This document shows positions 9,351 to 18,815 of a DNA stretch of 20,184 nucleotides, in pieces. This DNA comes from Eremomyces bilateralis CBS 781.70 (lineage: Eukaryota): assembly GCA_010015585.1 (NCBI GenBank), contig ML975149.1, one strand, 5' to 3'. Numbering within the stretch: position 1 is the first letter of the stretch; every line of letters begins with the position of its first letter. The notes beneath the pieces were generated by a model. It ran no database searches and had not been told where the DNA came from. It saw only the letters and a list, made by a program, of their open reading frames with translations. The position numbers and the translations under genes were made by a program.

Positions 9351-10028
9351 CCAGAAGTCCATAAGCTGCTCGGCAGCATCAGGCCATCAGCAGCCTTAGG
9401 CCCTTAGCCTAATCCCTGATGGACGTGCCAGCCTAAGGACTGGGCCGATTTGAAGAAACCGGTCCGAACGTGGTGTATCAAACACTCCAGTTTCCACTGT
9501 GGCCAATCTGGGCTCCCTTTCAACGTGTAAGGCGCGTTCAACAGGTTCAGGTTGTTCATTGCCTGTCGGATTTATCAGTGCTTACCTCCGTGCGCCGAGA
9601 TGGCCTGCTTGGAGGCGGGGTTAGTTATGAATTTAAAAGTTGGTCAACCCGCCAACCTCACCAGCATTGGCTCAACCGTCCTGAAACCAGTGGAACAAGC
9701 GTATGTAGACAGTTGGGAGATGGCGGATTTAAGTGACTAACCCGGGGGTTCTTCACGTATTTACGACTCTTGGAGGCAGAGGACCAAGTGGCTTGCCCAT
9801 CGGCGGGTCCCACACACCGGCGCCGTCTAAGCGTCGGAGGATTGCAATGGGAGATACGTAAGGCACAAACGTCATACCCTCACCCCACTGGTTTCGCAAA
9901 TAATTACCAGCAGAACGCGAGAGCAGCTATAAGAGTGAAGCCCTCCGACTAAAGAAGAACCGTCATTTTTCAGTGCCAGGTAATACACAATCAAAAGCAC
10001 ATCACTAACTCCGATTCTTGAAGACAAA

Positions 10029-11344
10029 ATGGTGCATGTACTTCCCTTCGACAATATTCAGGTTCCCTCACCAGGCTTCGGTGCCATGGGTATCAGCTTC
10101 GGCCTGGGAAGCAACCTTACTTTGGAACAAGCCGAACCTGTGCTGCTCAAAGCCATTGCGCTAGGTTGCACGTTTTGGGATACGGCAGTGAGTCTGAAAA
10201 TCATGGGTTCAGTGGATTCAATGCTAGAAGTTTCTGACGTATCCAAACGAGGTGGCATATCAAGCAGGTGTCAATGAGAAGCTTCTAGGAGATTTTATCC
10301 GGAAACACAATGTCCGCGACAAAATTTTTAGTGAGTAGAACAAGTTTCCAAATGTGTTGAAGAAAAACGCTCACATCTTATGTTGGTAGTTGCGTCAAAA
10401 TGCGGCTTCGATGTCTTCGGTACCGGCAAGGTGACCAACTCTGCCGCTCACATCAAAGAATATATTGAGGGCACGATCAAAAGGCTCGGTTTCGCCCCGG
10501 ACCTCTACTATCTTCACCGCATTGATCCCAGTATGTTCAGTGCGAACGCTCAACAAGTATCTATTTGCTAAGTCGGTCGCGTGTAGACACCCCGCTTGAA
10601 GAGTCTATTCCAGCTTTAGACGAGATCCGAAAGGCTGGACAGACCAAGTACATTGGTCTTTCGGAGTGCTCAGCAGCTACCTTGCGCCGGGCGAACTCGA
10701 GTAAGGCTATCGTGATTATGTCGGATACGTACCTCGGGCTAAGTTAAATCACAGTCGCTAAGATTGATGCTGTCCAAGCGGAGTACTCGGCCTTTGAGAC
10801 TCTTCACGAGACAGACGGATTGATTGATACGGCTCGAGAGCTGGGTGTGGCTTATGTTGCCTACAGCCCTCTAGGGCATGGATGGCTCGTCGATGACTTC
10901 CGGTACAAGACACCAGACGACTTTGCTCCGGATGATTTCCGCAGATCAGGTAAGCTTGTCTTGAATGGCCGACCCAAATCTATCCATGCCTCATGTTCCC
11001 AAGTCGACAGGCGCCTTTGTTATTTTTGGCAACTAACATTACTTTCAGTACCTAAATTCCAAGGCGAGAACTTCTACAGAAATAAGGCAATTGTTGAGGA
11101 ACTGAAGAAGCTTGCTGTAAAGAAGCGCTGCTCTACACCCCAGGTTGCCCTCGCGTGGGTTGCCGCTCAAGGCATGATCGCGATTCCTGGTACGACTAAA
11201 GCCTCCAGACTGGAAGAGAACTGGGCGTCGAGAGACGTAGTGTTGTCGGAGGAAGAGCTCAAGGAGGTACGGGCCCTTGTAGACTCTGCGAAGCCTCATG
11301 GAAACCGATATGCTCCTGCTCAGCAGGCCATGGTGGGACATTAA
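10029..11344 (+). CDS. Aldo-keto reductase (AKR13/YakC-like), ~327 aa, 6 exons
   Basis: Exons 10029-10187, 10252-10330, 10390-10530, 10587-10700, 10755-10949 and 11049-11344 total 984 nt in frame. Motifs include GFGAMG, WDTAVAY (catalytic D and Y), ASKCG (K), DLYYLHRID (H), IGLSE, VQAEYS, YSPLG and [13 protein letters not shown]. Confidence 0.95.
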
Positions 11345-11484
11345 TTAACTACCCGATTCCGGGCTTGGAAGGAAGGCTTCTTGAGGCACTGAACGAGCTG
11401 CGAGATATTAAAGGCGCCATTGGGTTGACAGAGCCTTCAACTCCAGCACGTATCGACGGTGGTGGGATTCGTTTGGCTAGCTTA

Positions 11485-12147
11485 TCACAATGATGGTTCA
11501 ATCACCCATTTCCTAGGTGGCTCGTAATCCCAGTTCTCTTTTTCGTTTTCCTGAAAGGCGTCGATACGCTGTACCCATCGCAATTGGGTTCGCTCTGAAA
11601 CGCGCTGAAGCACCCGCATTCGCTTAGCTTCGTTCATCTCAACTAGGATTTGCCCACGACGGCGGTTCGACTTAAGGCTATCTAGGACCGGCAGTAAGTC
11701 GTGGCTTCTTAGAGATAAGACTACGTGTGTAGACATTGCGACAAGGGCGTCAAGCAATTTTCCTCGGTCGCTTTTGCCCATATCTGGAACAGCATTCTGG
11801 CACGATTTGAACTTATTCAAAGCCGTAGTAAGAAAAAGGGTTGCGTCTTCGCTGTCCATATTTAACGAAGTGAGCTAGGAATTGAGAACAGGTCGTTTGA
11901 GTCGGCTGTACTTATATGCCTATGTCCAGTAGCAGGATGCCAAAAGTGGCCCCTCATTCTGTTCCCGAGACACAACACTGTGGGGCCCTTCTAGAAGACG
12001 TGGACGCAGCCAGCCAAAATCGTGTGCAAGTCCGCGATGATCCAGATCCAATCCGGCACAGTCCTGAAGGGCCTTCTCTTCTCTGGCCTTCTTTGCCTCT
12101 AGGTCATCGGCAGGTTGAGCGAACCTTCGCCTCCTTGGAGGAGCCAT
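11485..12147 (-). pseudogene. Orphan 220-codon frame of unknown function interrupted by two in-frame TAG stops
   Basis: ORFs 11920-12267 and 11485-11859 are in the same frame and joined by 60 nt reading YWT*AYKYSRLKRPVLNS*LTSLNMDSED. A probable ATG lies at 12147 (MAPPRRRRF, NLS-like). Both stops are TAG. Confidence 0.6.
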
Positions 12148-12193
12148 CCTGACAGTACGAGATTTGATTGAGAAGAAGTAAAACGGACTGAGG

Positions 12194-12281
12194 CCGACAA
12201 TGTGGGAAGAGGAACCGACAATGCACGAAGAGGACTGAAAAAGCGCGAAGTGTAACCGACCAAGCACGAAGAGGAGCCGTC
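12194..12281 (+). repeat. Degenerate ~21-bp tandem repeat (about 4 units, CCGACAATGCACGAAGAGGAN)
   Basis: Units start at 12194, 12215, 12236 (diverged, 20 bp) and 12256. Confidence 0.6.
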
Positions 12282-12376
12282 CACGCTCTTATCGAGGAGC
12301 CCTTTCGGGCACCACCATCCCTCCCCGGGCGGGCCCAGCAGGGAGGCAAGCTCCCAACGCCGGCACCACCATGGTC

Positions 12377-13300
12377 TCAGCTAGATAATGGATGCAGATA
12401 CGGCAACTCGCTAATACGCCGCGGCAGCGTGAAGGGCGATGTGGTGCCTCTGGGATGATGAGGAGCGAGGCTCGACGTTAGAACAGGAATGCCAAGGTAG
12501 TCAGGATGCTTAGTCATATCTTAATAATCTGCTGAAATATTTTCGGGACGCTCGAAAAATCAAACACCGCAGATTTCTGCGGTCCTTGATGTTGGATCGA
12601 CCCGAATAGATGCAAAGTCTATCGATCCGGTATGATCCCTTGGCGCCGCAAGTTCCGAGTCGCGGTATTTTTCCAACGTAAAACTTACACGGACCCGCGC
12701 TGACTAACTGCACTACCTATATGCAACAAAGTGTATTGCAAATGATCCCACGTTCAGAATGCACCCACTTAACATGATTCGTCTCAAAACGACGTAATAT
12801 GAGCGAAAAGCAAAGTCAAGATAGCGCCACATACGTAGATATATCAGCCACAGACGATAGGAAACAGACTAATAGAGTGATAAGTAATATCCCCTGCTTC
12901 CGAGATTTCTGACAGTTAGAGAGACTTGACCCCCACAGACTTGGCGAAGTGGCGCGGGATACACTAGGCTAGAATGCAAAGTATTTATTACTTATGTCAG
13001 ATACTTGACGTTTTGCGCTAACCTGATTCGTGTCCTAAACATGATCGGAAGTACCTCCCTGCGTGGCGAACTTTGATGTGCAGCCGGACACAACGCTAAT
13101 AATGACTTTCAAGCACCTCGGTAGCACTGTAGAGCTCGAATTGAGCGCTTTTATAAGTTTCAGGAACGACAAGAGATCGATGTTGTTGCTGTGGTGGGGA
13201 AACTCTATTGCACCATGAAGCTGCACTCCGCAGAAAACAGGCGACCAACGGCCATGCCAGGCGAATTTCCAGGAGACGCTTGGTGTAGATATTAAGTAGT
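12377..13300 (-). pseudogene. Probable decayed kinase-fold gene, paralogous to the 14000-15067 gene
   Basis: Fragments occur in kinase order but in different frames: IYTKRLLEIRLAWPLVACF (cf. YEKKWPRELAGKVAIAV), EFPHHSNNIDL (cf. QFHHENLIRT), HTGSIDFASIRVDPTSRTAEI (cf. HNALTLSNILINAEGSVKI) and ISELPYLHPL (cf. NDLKQHGF). It has several stops. Alignment was by eye only. Confidence 0.4.
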
Positions 13301-13379
13301 AGCAAGAAAGCACGATTTATATAAATTCATTAAATTACAATTGCGTTTGCGGATTTTACATCGCTTTGAAGAGGAAGTA

Positions 13380-13540
13380 TCTCGCATTCGCTCGGCACAC
13401 AGGGAAGTTCGACACGCAGGGAGGGAGGTTAAACAGTTAAAGATGTGTAAATACAGAGGAAAGGTCTGAACAGTCCAAAATAGGCTTAGCCTAGGGGTAA
13501 TGGGCATAAAAATGGAAATAGACAGAGGCATCTCGCGACA
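13380..13540 (+). mobile_element. Solo LTR, family B (5' boundary uncertain)
   Basis: AAATAGGCTTAGCCTAGGGGTAA is identical to the reverse complement of the 15278-15450 copy, and the element ends GGCATCTCGCGACA at 13540. Confidence 0.7.
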
Positions 13541-13999
13541 TGATGCGCTGTCATGGTTGGGAATACGGGGTCGCGGGTAGGAAACCGGAGGACACCGAAA
13601 AACAGAGATATCCTGATCTCTGACATCTTATTCAACATGTCTGCCATTAATTTCGGGGCAGAGAAGCCTTCATGTGAAGTAAAGTCCGCAGACACACCGA
13701 TTGTTAATCTAGTAAAGACTGAAGCTAGAGGCCTTCTCTTACGGGTGATTTCTCTCCGGCTGCATCGGGCCCTGCAATGGAGGGCTCAACTAGAGCCTTT
13801 CGAAGGTGAGAGTGGCTGACCTAGATTACGGTAACTGGAGCCTTTTTGGGCTCCGCAAGAACGCAATATATCATATTCGGTCCATCCTTTCGGCGTCCCA
13901 TTCGGACACCGTCCTTGACCCTACCGAAAACGAAAATTTCTTCTAATAAATAGCCCTCACGCAACAGGCAAACCTTTTGAAACTCAGCACGCGCTAGAC

Positions 14000-15067
14000 A
14001 TGGCTTCCGAGATTGAGAGATTGAACCGCTACACACTTTTCGTTGATGATTGTAGCGACAACGATCAAAGGCCTCGCCACCACAACAGCCTGAAGCAGAC
14101 TCAGCCATATCCAACCAAGGAAACCACAAAGAAGAATCGCTTGAGTTCTGACGAGACCAGCCAGCCTAATAAAGCGCCTCCTCGTCTTCTGGCTAAGAAT
14201 CTTTTTGGCAACATCCTAGTTCCCGTGGTACCTGGTTCTCCATGGGACAAGTATGAAAAGAAGTGGCCTCGTGAGTTAGCCGGTAAGGTTGCAATTGCTG
14301 TCAAATTACCTGCTGGGGAGAAAGAGTTCATTGTTAGAAGCCTCTCGGGGGAAGATATTGAGAAGAGGATTCTCACCATTCGTCAATTCCACCACGAGAA
14401 TCTGATAAGAACTTACGAGATATTTGCGTGCCAAGATGCCTTTTATCTTATCTCAGAACCCATGTGTATATCTCTTATACATGTTTGTCGTTGCCCACGA
14501 TATCCCGAGGAGCAGCAACTAGTAGCCATCGTCAAGCAGGTAAGAATCTTTCCAGTAGCGACTTTCACCTGCAACTGACAGTAACAAGTCCTCAATGGTA
14601 TTTGCTTCCTAACGTCGGAGAACCTGGCTCATAATGCATTAACACTATCCAATATCCTGATAAATGCTGAGGGATCAGTCAAAATAGGTATGGTTAACAC
14701 ATCATGATTGACATTTCAATGCTAACTCGCAAGCAGCAAACCTTGAGAATTGCGAAACTGATGACGACTGTGGACAAAAGAATGCGGCATCCTTAGGTCG
14801 TATCATGATGATACTCATGGACAAGGACAGAAAGGAGGGCAGTGAGCTGGGTTTGACTACACCGGGCCGGTGGTCAGAAATTGCCGTGAAATTCTTGTCT
14901 ATGACGATCACATCGACGCCGAACGATCTCAAACAGGTATATTGCTAGGCCTTCATCTTATAAGCACCTACTAACCTCTGTAGCATGGTTTTATGAAGAT
15001 AAAGTGGAGCGAAGCGAAACTGAAGTTGTTTGTATCGTATGTCCAAATCAAAGCGAAAATGGACTGA
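14000..15067 (+). CDS. Protein kinase-fold protein lacking catalytic motifs (pseudokinase), ~307 aa; intron-1 acceptor appears defective, so possibly a pseudogene
   Basis: Exons 14000-14539, 14588-14687, 14737-14936 and 14984-15067 total 924 nt. Kinase scaffold: IRQFHHENLIRTYEIF...FYLISEPM..SL...QQLVAIVKQVLNGICFLTSENLAHNALTLSNILINAEGSVKIANLE. HRD is replaced by HNA, DFG by NLE and the VAIK lysine by FIVR. The frame needs an acceptor at 14587, where the sequence is CAA rather than CAG. Confidence 0.75.
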
Positions 15068-15277
15068 GCTCGCCTGGAAAGGACTTTATACATAATGTCG
15101 GCAACAAGTGGATTGATTTGTTTGAGGGATATTGAATCTGGCTATACCTCCAGTGACATGTTTGCAAAGTATCATTCTGTGACCTGAGATGGGAGTTGTT
15201 GAACGATACATTGCACAGATCGCGTCCGAGGTTTTCCCGCCGTGAAAATGAATCCCATGAGCAAATGAGGACTGAGG

Positions 15278-15450
15278 TGTCGCAAGATGCCCCTGTTGTT
15301 TTATACTGCCACCTAACATTCCTTCTTCTGCCCGTTACCCCTAGGCTAAGCCTATTTGGGACGACTCAGTCTTTCCCTATCTATTTACAACTGTATCAGG
15401 CACGCCTAAAGGCTTTTTCTCGCTACGCTGCCCTTCATCTTCCCGTGACA
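15278..15450 (-). mobile_element. Solo LTR, family B, 173 bp
   Basis: TGTCGC...GTGACA termini with high similarity to 8694-8800 and 13445-13540. No TSD. Confidence 0.8.
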
Positions 15451-15655
15451 AAGACACCAACAACATCTATTACACTTTGATCCCTGCATAACCGAATGAG
15501 AACACTTATATTCATCCCTAAGATCCATTATAACCTGCTCCACTAAATTGCTCGATGTGCGAGGTCACTATGATTCACGTGATGCAAATTGTCAGGCACC
15601 AATTTGGAAAACATTTAACTGTGGGTGCCTTGTTCTGTGGGTGTGGCAAGTGGAG

Positions 15656-15807
15656 CCGAGGGTGCGTTCAACTGCTTCCCTGTAAAGAGGAAAGACGGAT
15701 ACCCGGGGCTGTGATCGCCGACCTCGTAGCCTAGACCGGGCGATGGCTAGGCAAGTCGATAGCAAGCGATGTGCTCGGCAATGAAAAAGTCTTGACAGTG
15801 ACCTCGG
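15656..15807 (+). promoter_or_regulatory. Putative FarA/FarB (Ctf1) fatty-acid response elements upstream of the acyl-CoA oxidase
   Basis: CCGAGG at 15656-15661 and CCTCGG at 15802-15807, with another CCGAGG at 15226-15231. CCTCGG is the established FarA/FarB core in promoters of ascomycete peroxisomal and beta-oxidation genes. Confidence 0.6.
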
Positions 15808-15935
15808 TACTTACCCCTTCGGAAGAGAGCCTCCGATATGATGCGCGAATAAAGTAGTAAAGTATTTCGTTGCCATTGCACGGCCAAGATACGTTTAATT
15901 TATTCTACACTGCTATTCATACTCATCGAGGAAAC

Positions 15936-18038
15936 ATGGGTGACTTCTCGGATGAGCTCCGACCCGCAGAACCGCAAGGACCAGGTATCCTCGCCAAAGA
16001 ACGCAGCAGATCCAACATCAATGTCGATAAGCTCGCGCGGCATCTGTTGCATCGCGACGGCTTCCTTGAAAGACAGGAGAGGATTCTCAAGATCATCGAG
16101 AACCGGCCGTACTTTTCGAAACGGAATCAGCTCAATCTTGCCCGACCCGACCGTTATCATCTGTCACTAGCTCGTTCTAAGGAGTTGCGCCGTCTCGCTC
16201 TAGAGCACAATTGGGACTCCGAGGACTATGGGATGGCTTCGCGTCTGGTGGGCGAAGTGTCGCCATATGCAATTCATACTGTCATGTTTATGACCTCGAT
16301 CCGCGAGCAGGCGGACGAAGAGCAATACAATGAATGGTGGCCACGCACGCAAAGCTGGGAAATAATTGGTTGCTACGGGCAAACAGAGCTAGGTCACGGT
16401 AGCAATGTCCGGGGAATCGAGACCATTGCGAAATACAATTCAGAGACTAAGGACTTCACGATACACAGCCCAACGCTGACTGCGGCAAAATGGTGGAATG
16501 GGTCCCTTGGACGAACCGCAAACCATGCCATTATTGTTGCCCAGCTTCTATTACCTGATAGAAACGGAAGATATAAGTCCTATGGTCCACATCAATTCGT
16601 CGCTCAAATCAGAGATATGAAGACGAACAAGCCTCTCGAGGGTATCGTCATTGGCGACATTGGCGCTAAAGTCGGCTACGCTGGCATGGACAACGGCTAC
16701 ATGCTCTTCAAGAACTTCAAGATCCCTCACAAGGCTTTGCTCTCCAAGTACACACGCGTCACCATCGATGGCACTTATATCCAACCTGCAAACCCTGCCA
16801 TCGTCTATGGAAGCATGACTTTTGTCCGTGCAAGCATTATCATGAATGCACGAATGACACTTGCGAGAGCGACTACGATCGCTGTTCGATACTTATCTAT
16901 TCGACATCAGTTTGTGGATCGAGATGAACCAGATAAACCGGAGCGAGCCGTGCTGGACTATCCTTCTGTGCAAATCAGAATTCTGCCTCTCGTAGCTGCG
17001 ACATATGCTTTGCACTACACTGGCGAGGCGATGTCCAGCCTATATTGGGAGACCCGTGCCGACATCGAGAAGAATGGCGACCTGTCTCGTCTTGCCGAGC
17101 TGCATGCAGCTTCTTCCGGTCTTAAGGCAGCGTGCACAATTATCACGGCCGACGGAAGTGAGATCTGTCGACGAGCACTTGGCGGTCATGGCTTCAGTGG
17201 CGCAAGTGGCATGATCCCGCTCAATACCGATAATCTCGACAGTCCAACTGTGGAAGGTGACAGTTGGATGATCTCTCAGCAGACTGCCGCATATCTCCTG
17301 AAGCGCATGACCTCAGCAGTTAGTGGAAAGAGCTCAGAGCCAATGGATAGTCAATTCATTGCTTATTTGAAGGATCGCAGCTCTGTAGCTAACTACGACA
17401 TCTACGACAAGGAGGAAGACATCGTCCGTGCCTTCAAGGACCGTGTCTCATATTTGTCGTACAAGCTATACGAGCGACGCATTGTCCAGAAGCATTCGTG
17501 GACAGATCTTATGGTCGAATTGCATCGCCTTGCAATCGTGCACTCGGAAGCCATCTTGGTGGAGAACTTCTACGAAGCAGTTTTCAAGGGTAACATCACT
17601 CCTGCGGTTGAGGGGACCGCGATCCCGGTCTTGCAGGATCTGTTTAGGCTCTTCTCTCTGACGACCATCGATAGCCGGACCACTGAGTTCCTGTTGTCGG
17701 GTGGTCTTTCAGTGCAGCAGCTCCAGGCATTGACGCCCACCATCCTCGAGCTGATGAAGAAAATCAGGCCGCATGCTGTGAAACTGGTCGATGCATGGTC
17801 CATCCCAGATTATCTGCTTGACAGCGCGCTAGGCAGGCAAGATGGGGATGTCTATAATGCAATGTGGAGGAGGGCACATTTAGAGAATCCTCTCAATATA
17901 CAAACATTCAACCCAGACTTTAGGACGGAGGAGATTGTTATTGGAGAGGGTGCGGAGAACGCAAGGAAGAGAGTGGAGAAGTTGGCACTAGGTGTATATG
18001 GGCACGAACAACGGGATTGTGAACGATCGAAGCTTTGA
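15936..18038 (+). CDS. Peroxisomal acyl-CoA oxidase, ~700 aa, single exon
   Basis: ATG at 15936 (MGDFSD). Motifs include GCYGQTELGHGSNVRGIET, KWWNGSLG, GDIG.K.G...MDNG, CRRALGGHGFS and TVEGD (catalytic Glu). The C-terminal SKL is a PTS1 signal. Confidence 0.96.
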   Translation: MGDFSDELRPAEPQGPGILAKERSRSNINVDKLARHLLHRDGFLERQERILKIIENRPYFSKRNQLNLARPDRYHLSLARSKELRRLALEHNWDSEDYGMASRLVGEVSPYAIHTVMFMTSIREQADEEQYNEWWPRTQSWEIIGCYGQTELGHGSNVRGIETIAKYNSETKDFTIHSPTLTAAKWWNGSLGRTANHAIIVAQLLLPDRNGRYKSYGPHQFVAQIRDMKTNKPLEGIVIGDIGAKVGYAGMDNGYMLFKNFKIPHKALLSKYTRVTIDGTYIQPANPAIVYGSMTFVRASIIMNARMTLARATTIAVRYLSIRHQFVDRDEPDKPERAVLDYPSVQIRILPLVAATYALHYTGEAMSSLYWETRADIEKNGDLSRLAELHAASSGLKAACTIITADGSEICRRALGGHGFSGASGMIPLNTDNLDSPTVEGDSWMISQQTAAYLLKRMTSAVSGKSSEPMDSQFIAYLKDRSSVANYDIYDKEEDIVRAFKDRVSYLSYKLYERRIVQKHSWTDLMVELHRLAIVHSEAILVENFYEAVFKGNITPAVEGTAIPVLQDLFRLFSLTTIDSRTTEFLLSGGLSVQQLQALTPTILELMKKIRPHAVKLVDAWSIPDYLLDSALGRQDGDVYNAMWRRAHLENPLNIQTFNPDFRTEEIVIGEGAENARKRVEKLALGVYGHEQRDCERSKL

Positions 18039-18380
18039 GATTCGTGAGGTGGTTACAGATGCCTGGATCTCGCAGCATTTTGAAGCGCTTTCTCCTGTTG
18101 TTCGTCCGAACCTACATTGACGTGTGAGTTACAACGTTATAGGGCTAGCGATTCTTCATTCCCAAAATTGCCCATTATTCTCCACTAAAATCATGAACTT
18201 GGTGTTGTTGAACAGGATGACAACACGATATAAAGTGTGCAGCCATCGAGTCACTGCATCATAGTCAAGTGCTATACCTCCAAGGTCTCGTTGCCTATTC
18301 GATGAAACCAGTATTTTGTGAACTCCCCGATCGCTGGCACTGGCTGTTCATGGTTGTCTTGATACTGGGGTTTCCACCCT

Positions 18381-18533
18381 TGTGAAACGGTTTGGATGCG
18401 CAAGGTCTGCAATTACCAAGTTCCATTAATCTAAACTGAAGAGAGAGAAGGAAGAAATCTCCCAGTGCCTCTGCGCGCGAGATATACTCTTCTCTCTGCT
18501 ATCCTAACACAGCTCCTTAACACAGCTCCTTAA
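18381..18533 (-). mobile_element. Solo LTR, family A copy 3 (5'-truncated)
   Basis: The reverse complement matches ~2085-2234, including the GAGCTGTGTTAAG repeats, and ends CCGTTTCACA. Confidence 0.85.
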
Positions 18534-18605
18534 GTGATCTCGCGATTCCTACCGGGTGAACACCAACTCATATTACAGGATATTTCGATTTTCCTAAAGC
18601 ATAAC

Positions 18606-18815
18606 TGTCGCATTTCGCGGGGGTGATGATTAAGCACGTTCGCTGCTTTGGCTCAGTTGCTTTAGAGTCATAACGCAAGTTGGTATTGACGATTCCCATT
18701 TTCTCCTCAAAAGGAGATCTAGCTAGCAAAACAGTTGAAGATAACTAAGTTAGTTAACCCTTTTGCTAATACTGTGTGGGGTCAGAGTAATCCGGTCAAA
18801 CCCCTGTTTCTCACT
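18606..18815 (+). mobile_element. Solo LTR, family B, diverged
   Basis: TGTCGCATTTCGCGGGGGTGATGATTAAG versus TGTCGCATTACGCGTGGATGCTGACTAAG at 2658. TATTGACGATTCCCATTTTCTCCTCAAAAGGAGATCTA versus ~2734-2770. The 3' end is decayed. Confidence 0.7.

Noticed and set aside
9393..9440. Telomere-like CCCTTAG/CCTAA fragments
   Set aside because: Too few and too irregular to be an interstitial (TTAGGG)n tract.
9470..9952. Small ORFs upstream of the AKR
   Set aside because: They have non-ATG starts, are short and show no recognisable motif; a gene remnant cannot be supported by eye.
13079..13540. 462-bp LTR with TGATG TSD
   Set aside because: TGATG flanks both sides, but the left part has no family-B similarity, is twice the family length and overlaps kinase-like fragments; probably chance.
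15870..15935. N-terminal extension of the acyl-CoA oxidase in the ORF track
   Set aside because: It starts at TTG; the first ATG in good context (AAACATGG) is at 15936.
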